Below, one piece after another: positions 57,698 through 64,000 of a stretch of 64,000 nucleotides of DNA (its first letter is position 1; each line of letters opens with the position of its first letter). Source of the stretch: the human T2T-CHM13v2.0 reference genome, Homo sapiens. The notes under the pieces are model-generated. The model searched no databases and had not been told where the DNA came from. It saw only the letters and a list, made by a program, of their open reading frames with translations. The position numbers were made by a program, and so were the translations under genes. The stretch is taken from assembly GCF_009914755.1 (NCBI RefSeq), contig NC_060941.1; one strand, written 5' to 3'.

Positions 57698-57802
57698 ATT
57701 GGAGCCTCCCTCTTCGCCAGCAGCGAGGGCTCTGGCCTCTTCATTGGACTGGCGGGCTCAGGCGCGGCAGGAGGTCTGGCCGTGGCAGGCTTCGAGTGGA
57801 AT
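57698..57802 (+). CDS. SLC5A10: SLC5A10 coding exon 3, [35 protein letters not shown]
   Basis: ctccag acceptor and gtgagt donor. 105 nt. SGLT TM1-TM2 motifs. Confidence 0.97.
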
Positions 57803-58166
57803 GTGAGTCCTGGAGGACTGGCGGCCTGTGGGAGGGCCAGGGCACAGGATGTGGTCGCAGCACTGGAGGGGGACAGCTCCCAGTGGCTGGTGTCAGCCGA
57901 TGTCCAGGTGGGCTCTGTGCAGTGCTGTTCCTGGGCCAAATCGTGTCTTCAGAATACCAAGGTGCTGGATGGCACGACTGGCAGGGAGCTGTGGGCCTTG
58001 CCCAGACCTAGAGAGGGGAAGGAGCCACCCAGGATCTCATGGCAAGTCAGGAGGGGCTGGGGGAAGCCAGGCCTCCGGATGGCTCATCCCAGCCATGTCT
58101 GCTTTGTCTCTGGAGCAGAGCTGTGGGAGCTGCACCTGCAGTCCTCACCTGTCTCTGTCCCCATAG

Positions 58167-58226
58167 GCCACGTACGTGCTGCTGGCACTGGCATGGGTGT
58201 TCGTGCCCATCTACATCTCCTCAGAG
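58167..58226 (+). CDS. SLC5A10: SLC5A10 coding exon 4, [20 protein letters not shown]
   Basis: ccccatag acceptor and gtgagt donor. 60 nt. W.FVPIYI motif. Confidence 0.96.
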
Positions 58227-59074
58227 GTGAGTCTACTCATGGGGCCTCCAGCTGGGGGGCTGGGCCTTGGTCCAAGTTGGTGGTAGTAATGGGCAGGACC
58301 ACCGTGGCCTCACATCAGGAGTTGGTAAACTCTTAGGGCTGGGTTTGCTATTAGCCCGACTAATATTTCTATCAACCTGCTAAGGTGGATCCCCTCAGAC
58401 CTCAGCCTGGGTGCCGTGTTGGCTGGTTTCCACTGCCCTGAGTGCTGCATCTCAGGAATAATGTCCCATCCAGCTGGGCACATAGGCTGTACAACTGGGC
58501 CATGCACCTGGTTTGCACACCTGGCCCACACACCTGGGTAGCATACCTGGGCTGTACCCCTGGGCTGCGTACCTGAATGGCACACCTGGGCCGCACAATT
58601 GGCTGCACCATCGTCGACTCTGCCCACTCCTTCAGCCCCAGCCATGCAGCCACTAAGTCCAGTCAACTCCACTTCCTGGATGTCTCTCAGCCTGTCCCCA
58701 GCTCTGCCCCTCACAGCCACCTCCCTCATCCAGCCTCATCATAGTGCACCTGGATTTGTCATAACAGCCTCTAAACTTGTCCCTCTGTCCCAGCCACGGC
58801 CCCTCCAATCCATTCCTCGTCTCAGCCCTAAAGAGCCAGTCTAGGGATCTCAGCCTGCCACTCCCCTGCCTGACACCCTCGGGGCGCAGCCGGAGCAGCC
58901 CGGGATTCCAGGCCGGGTGCTGGGGCTGTAAGGGGTCAGTGCCTGGGCCTTGCCCTTGAGAGGCTCGCAGCTGCTTTGTGGCGGGGGGAGAGGCAGAGTG
59001 ATTGAGACAGGCCCTGCCTGGAGCCCTGGGCATCATCTGGAGGATGCTTAGCCCCTACCCATGTGCCTTCCCAG

Positions 59075-59179
59075 ATCGTCACCTTACCTGAGTACATTCA
59101 GAAGCGCTACGGGGGCCAGCGGATCCGCATGTACCTGTCTGTCCTGTCCCTGCTACTGTCTGTCTTCACCAAGATATCG
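59075..59179 (+). CDS. SLC5A10: SLC5A10 coding exon 5, [35 protein letters not shown]
   Basis: ttcccag acceptor and gtgagc donor. 105 nt. T.PEY..KR.GG motif. The next exon lies beyond the window. Confidence 0.97.
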
Positions 59180-59513
59180 GTGAGCTGCCCCCCGCTCCCT
59201 GCTGGCATAGCCTGGAAACATCGCCAATCTGTGGGCCCCTCAAGAGGACCTGACATCTTCTCATTCATCTCTGCCTTGTTTAACAGCTGGGCAAATTGAG
59301 GCCCAGAGAGGGGCAATGACTTGCCCAGGGTCACGCAGCGAGTCTGGACAGGTAGTCCAGGGCCCCCGGGGTGTAGGCTCAGCAGCCAGCCCTAGTCAGG
59401 GACAGAACACAACCTGGTGACCTCTGCTTTGCCTCAGGTTCTAGACACAGGGTGTTAGGACGGTTCTCGGTCTGAGGTCAGTTCTGGGGCCGGCACCGGG
59501 GTGAGCCACGATC

Positions 59514-59532
59514 TCCCACTAGGGGGCGCCAA
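59514..59532 (+). promoter_or_regulatory. CTCF-binding motif
   Basis: TCCCACTAGGGGGCGCCAA matches the CCAC(C/T)AGGGGGCGC core. Confidence 0.75.
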
Positions 59533-61462
59533 AAGCCCACGTGGTCTTAGCCACATCTGGTCTGCACTGAGCTGACCTGCCTCTCACCCCAAGGCTGGTG
59601 GGCTCCATCACTGACACCCATCCTTGGGGGCCTGGCCCTGCCCCCACGGGCATATTAAGAGCAGGAGCACACCTCGAATGTCAGGGTCAGGAGAAGCATA
59701 GAGCTCATCTTGTCCAAGCCCCTGACTTTACAGAGAGGGAAACTAAGGCCCAGAGAAGGGAAAGAGCTTGTCCTAACCCTCCCGGTGACCTCATGGCAAC
59801 ACTAGGCCTTCTGCTCTCACTCCAAGTCCCTGGGGGCAGCTAGCTTCATCCAGCCCCAGGCTTCTGAAGGGGCTTGAGTCCTGGGGCTGCCTGATTCTGG
59901 CTGAGAGAGCTGACACTAGCCCCTGCGACCTCCGAGCCTCCCTGTGCCTGGGGCTCCTCCCTTGTAAGGAGGGGCGGCAGACCTTGTCTCCTAGGGCTCC
60001 TGTGAGTTGGTGGTAGCAATGGGCAGGACCACCGTGTGAGGGCTGCTGTGTCTGCGGGAAGTGCTCTGTGAGGCCCAGCTTTCCCTCAGAGGCAAATGGC
60101 CTCCTGGGCCCTCTTCATTCAGTCCTGGGACTAGGAAAGCCCAGAAGAGGCGTCGATTTAGTGAAGGGAATGGAGGTGCAGAGGCCGGAGAGGTAGAGGC
60201 CTCGCTGGTCAGCCAGGAGCTGTGGGCAGGGCTACCTGGGAAGAGGGCCCTAAAGGGTCCATCCAGAGCCCCCACGGGGCCCCGGTGGGGGTCTCATGCA
60301 GCATCTGACCCGCCCTCTCCTCTCCTGGGGCATCCCCTCGGCAGCCTCAGCCTGGCCTCTATCTGCACTGGTGTTGCTAGGTGACTCTGAGGGGGTTCCC
60401 AGAGTGTCTCATCCTTCGTGTGGGCAGGTCTCAGGAGTGGCCAGCAGCAAACCCCGTACCGCAGTCTTCGCCAGATGCCCTTGGCGTACTGTAGGAGGTT
60501 TGCTTTCTCTGGGAGCCCTTTAGAGTCCGGAGGGACTTGGCCTTGGCCTGCCCTTAAGGCTGAGTTTAGAGCTTTCCACTCATACTCTTCCTTCCTCTCC
60601 CACATTTCTTGATCTCCACCCCACCCCCATGCCAGCCACCCCCATGCCAGCCACCTCCCTGGAAACCAGGGATACAGAAATAAACAAGACCTGGCCCTGG
60701 TCTGCCAGGGGCTCGCACTGTGGTGAGAAATAGATGGATGCATGGGACAGGCATGAAACTCAGAAGAGGACACAGCGGGGCTTGCTGGGGGTGGCATTTG
60801 AGTTGGGCTCTGATGGAGACAGGGATACTGATGGGGGATGGGAGCAAATGACAAAGAGAGAGGTGGGAAGAGGCAGGATGTGTCTGGGGGTGGTCGGGGC
60901 TGGAGGCTTAGACTCTAGGAGTCACTAAGTCAGACACTTCTGGGGCCAGATAAAGAACAGCGTGGAGAGAAGCTGGGAGTGAGTAATAGGCAGTGGTGGG
61001 GACAAAGGCAAACCAGAGAACGTGCCCCAGGATTGACACACAACAGGCCCGTGTGCCACATTTGCCTCTCGGCTGCCAGTTTTCAGGGTCTGGCCTGCAG
61101 TGAGAGATGAGGCAAGGGAGGTCTGATTGTAAGAGGTTGAAGTGCCCAAGGTGCCCAGGTGGAGCGGGGGTGGTGTTTAGGAGCCGGGGTGGTGTTTAAG
61201 TGGGAGAGTGACATGGTCGTGTTTGTACTTTGTGCTCTCTGGAATCTTCCAGAGGGTGGACTGGAGGTGAGAGAGACAAGAGGAGGCCAGGCTTGTGAGG
61301 AGGCCCCAGGTAGGTCTGGTGAGGGAGGGAGACTGAGCCATGGGCACAGGGTTCTCTGCCCCCTGTTTCACCCTGCTGGCTTCTCTGCAGTAGAGCTTAT
61401 ACCTCACACTCGGAGAGTCCTGAAAGTGGATGGCTTGGGCGGAACTTCTAGAAAGGCAGAGG

Positions 61463-63630
61463 GGGCCGGCGTGGTGGCTCACGCCTATAATCCTAGCACT
61501 TTGGGAGGCTGAGGCAGGCGGATTGCCTGAGCTCAGGAGTTCAAAACCAGCCTAGGCAACACGGTGAAACTCCATCTCTACTAAAATACAAAAAAATTAG
61601 CCAAATGTGGTGGCATGCGCCTGTAGCTACTCAGGAGGCTGAGGCAGGAGAATTACTTGAACTGGGGAGATGGAGGTTACAGTGAGCTGACTCTCCAAAA
61701 ATAAAAAGAACAAAAGGCAGAGGGAAGAGTTCAGTGAAGTGGGAGGACCTTAGAAACAATCTTGTCCAGCTCTCCGAGTTTACAGATGACACACTGAGGT
61801 CCAGGTCACAGCGAGTCAGGCAGGGACTACTGTTAGAACCCAGGTCTGTGCCTCCCACCACAAGAGGCCCAACCTCAGCCCTGCTGCCCTGAAGCAGCCA
61901 GGACGTGGCCTTTCAAACTCCACTTTGTGATGGGGGTGATTCAGTTTACCCAACTATAAAACAGGGAGCACCCACTCACATCAAGGCTGGGCTTCAGAAC
62001 CAACGCTGGGGCTGCCTGGATGAAGCAGAGGGCGAAGCTTGAGGAATGCTAATTGCTGGGCTTGGCTGCGAGAGGACTGGGGCTACCCTGGCTGTTTGAA
62101 GTGCACGCGCCCAGGCGGTCCCCAGAGGCCCTGACCTCACTGGGCTGTGCCCCGGGAATGCCTCACATGTCTGCGCATCCAGCACCCGTCCCAGCCACTG
62201 CCCGTGTGGACAGAGATCTTAGGGTGCCTGCTGCCATCCCTCAGGCAGGGGCACTGGCCCACAGGAGGACCGGCGATGGCAGGGCCTGGAGAATCACCAC
62301 CCTGACCCTCAGACGAATGGGCCCAAGCCCAGCTCCATCATTGTGGGGCTCTAGCCAGTCATTTAACCTCTGGAACTGGGCACGATGCCCCATGCCACTT
62401 GCAGTAAAGGTCCTCCACGGGGGTCGCTTTGCGCCCTCACTGACCTCACCCCTCCCTCGCCCTGTTGCCCCCACCCGCTCCAGCCACACTGGCCTCTGCG
62501 CTTCCATGAACACACCAGGCATGGTCCTGCCTCAGGGCCTTTGCATTTGCTGTGGCCTCTGCCTGGAACCTTCTGCCTGGATATCCACGTGGCTCCCTCA
62601 TGTCCCTCAAGCCTTTCCACTCTCTCCATCTTCACCCCCATCCCCGCAGGCCAGCCCCCTTCCTCTCTCTACCCCCATGGACTCGGAACGCCTGCTGGCT
62701 GTGTGCTCCGTTGGTTCCCTTGCTCACTGGCCGCATCCCCAGGGCTGCCCACATGCCTCGTGGGTCTAGGTGAGAGAATCTATGCCAGGGGTCAGCTCGT
62801 TTTTTCTGCGAAAGGCCTGAGAGTAAATATTTTCAGCTTCACAGGCCACCCAGTCTCTGTCCTCACTCCTCAACTCTGCCCCTGGGGCCCGAAAGTGCCT
62901 GCAGACAATACCATAAGGCATGACTGGGCCTGGCCTGTGGGTTCTGGGCTGCCACTCCCTGCCCTATGGAAATCACCTACTTACTGTGCACCTACTGTGT
63001 GCCAGGCCCTGGGTGAGCCCCCCACACCCATAGATGCTTTCTAGACAGGGGGTAAGGAAACAGACCAAGGAAATCATAAGAAATGGTAAAAGTGTGACAA
63101 AAGAAGCAAACACGGTGAAGGGGGGACAGAAATGGGGAGACAGGAGCAGGGAGTGGGCTCACTGGAGACAGGGCAGTCTGGGGTGGAAATGCCAGCCTTG
63201 CAGCCACAGGGCAAGAGCTTGGCAAGTCCAGGAGTGGGAAGCTCATGGGGCTGGGGGTGTCTAGGGATATGGAGGGGCAGCAATGACCAAGAGCGGAGAG
63301 GCAGTGGGGACCACGCAGAGCCTCTGGGCAGGGCCTCTGCCGGGCGGGGGTGCACCTTATTCCTGGAATGGTAGAAATGCAGAACCTGACCGGGTGCAGT
63401 GGCTCACACCTGTAATCCCAGCAATTTGGGAGGCCGAGGCGGGTGGATCACCTGAGGTCAGGAGTTCGAGACCAGCCTGGCCAACATGGTTAAACCCTGT
63501 TTCTACTAAAAATACAAAAAATTAGCCAGGCGTGGTGACACACACCTGTAATCCCAGCTACTCGGAAGGCTGAGGCAGGAAAATCGCTTGAACCCAGGAG
63601 GCAGAGGTTTTTTAAAAAAAAAAAAAAAGA
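61463..63630 (+). mobile_element. Two partly deleted Alus (61463-61715 and 63388-63630)
   Basis: Alu consensus missing 3' segments but keeping A-tails. Confidence 0.85.
62786..62961. mobile_element. MER58A-like hAT-Charlie element
   Basis: caggggtcagc...aaaggcctgagagtaaatattttcagctt...caactctgcc. Confidence 0.75.
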
Positions 63631-64000
63631 GGAAATGCAGAGCCCCAGATCTTCCTTGCACAAGCCAAATGCAGGAGGGACCAGTGAGGGGCTTGCAAGG
63701 GGATCGGGCCCAGGGTGGGGGCAGCAGAGGTTTTGGGGAGTGGGTGTGTGTTTTGGAGACGGAATCCATAGCAGTGGCCGGTGGGTCAGAGGCGGGGAGT
63801 GTGGCAAAGGGGAGCCCCGGAGGACGGTGATGGCCTCCATGGAAATGGGCAAGGCTCAGGGGCAGAGGACACCAAAAAGATTTGGGAGAAATCACAGTCA
63901 ACTCCTAGTGTCAGTGCAGAGCCCACCCAGCTTCTCTGCTGTCCCACGAAGGATGGGAGATATAAGTTCCATGTGGGAAGGTGGCCGAGAGCGGGCAGGG

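Noticed and set aside
60621-61200. Small tandem duplications (15 bp at 60621, 19 bp near 61167; also 30 bp near 39330 and 13 bp near 48302)
   Set aside because: Ordinary slippage-type duplications with no sign of function.
62053-63044. Long overlapping ORFs of 238 and 219 aa
   Set aside because: They run through L2-like and MER58 remnants, are Pro/Ser/Leu-rich and have no domain similarity.
59180-64000. FAM83G or SLC5A10 exon 6
   Set aside because: No matching coding sequence seen on either strand. Both are expected beyond the window.

Overview
Human (primate) genomic DNA, very rich in Alu and L1, recognisable as the PRPSAP2-SLC5A10 locus (17p11.2, from memory). On the + strand it carries the last four coding exons and 3' UTR of PRPSAP2 (9616-9764, 22424-22494, 27326-27472, 29055-29213; poly(A) signals near 29550-29770). 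A roughly 20 kb intergenic block of mostly L1/Alu/LTR follows, then the promoter and first five coding exons of SLC5A10/SGLT5 (50771-50881, 57245-57316, 57698-57802, 58167-58226, 59075-59179; the gene continues past the window). A RANBP1 processed pseudogene (about 6687-7521) and a two-LTR MaLR provirus (10289-15504) lie in PRPSAP2 introns. Almost all entries in the supplied ORF track are Alu/L1 artefacts. I found no convincing new biological system. The least explained signals are: a ~240-bp-arm inverted duplication with a G-quadruplex upstream of SLC5A10; a possible upstream exon with uORFs and an N-terminal extension for SLC5A10; an apparently L1-donated branch point for SLC5A10 exon 2; two young 3-copy minisatellites; a 32-bp direct repeat around exon 5; a near-consensus CTCF site; and an AluYa5. 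Repeat subfamily names and repeat boundaries were read by eye and are approximate.
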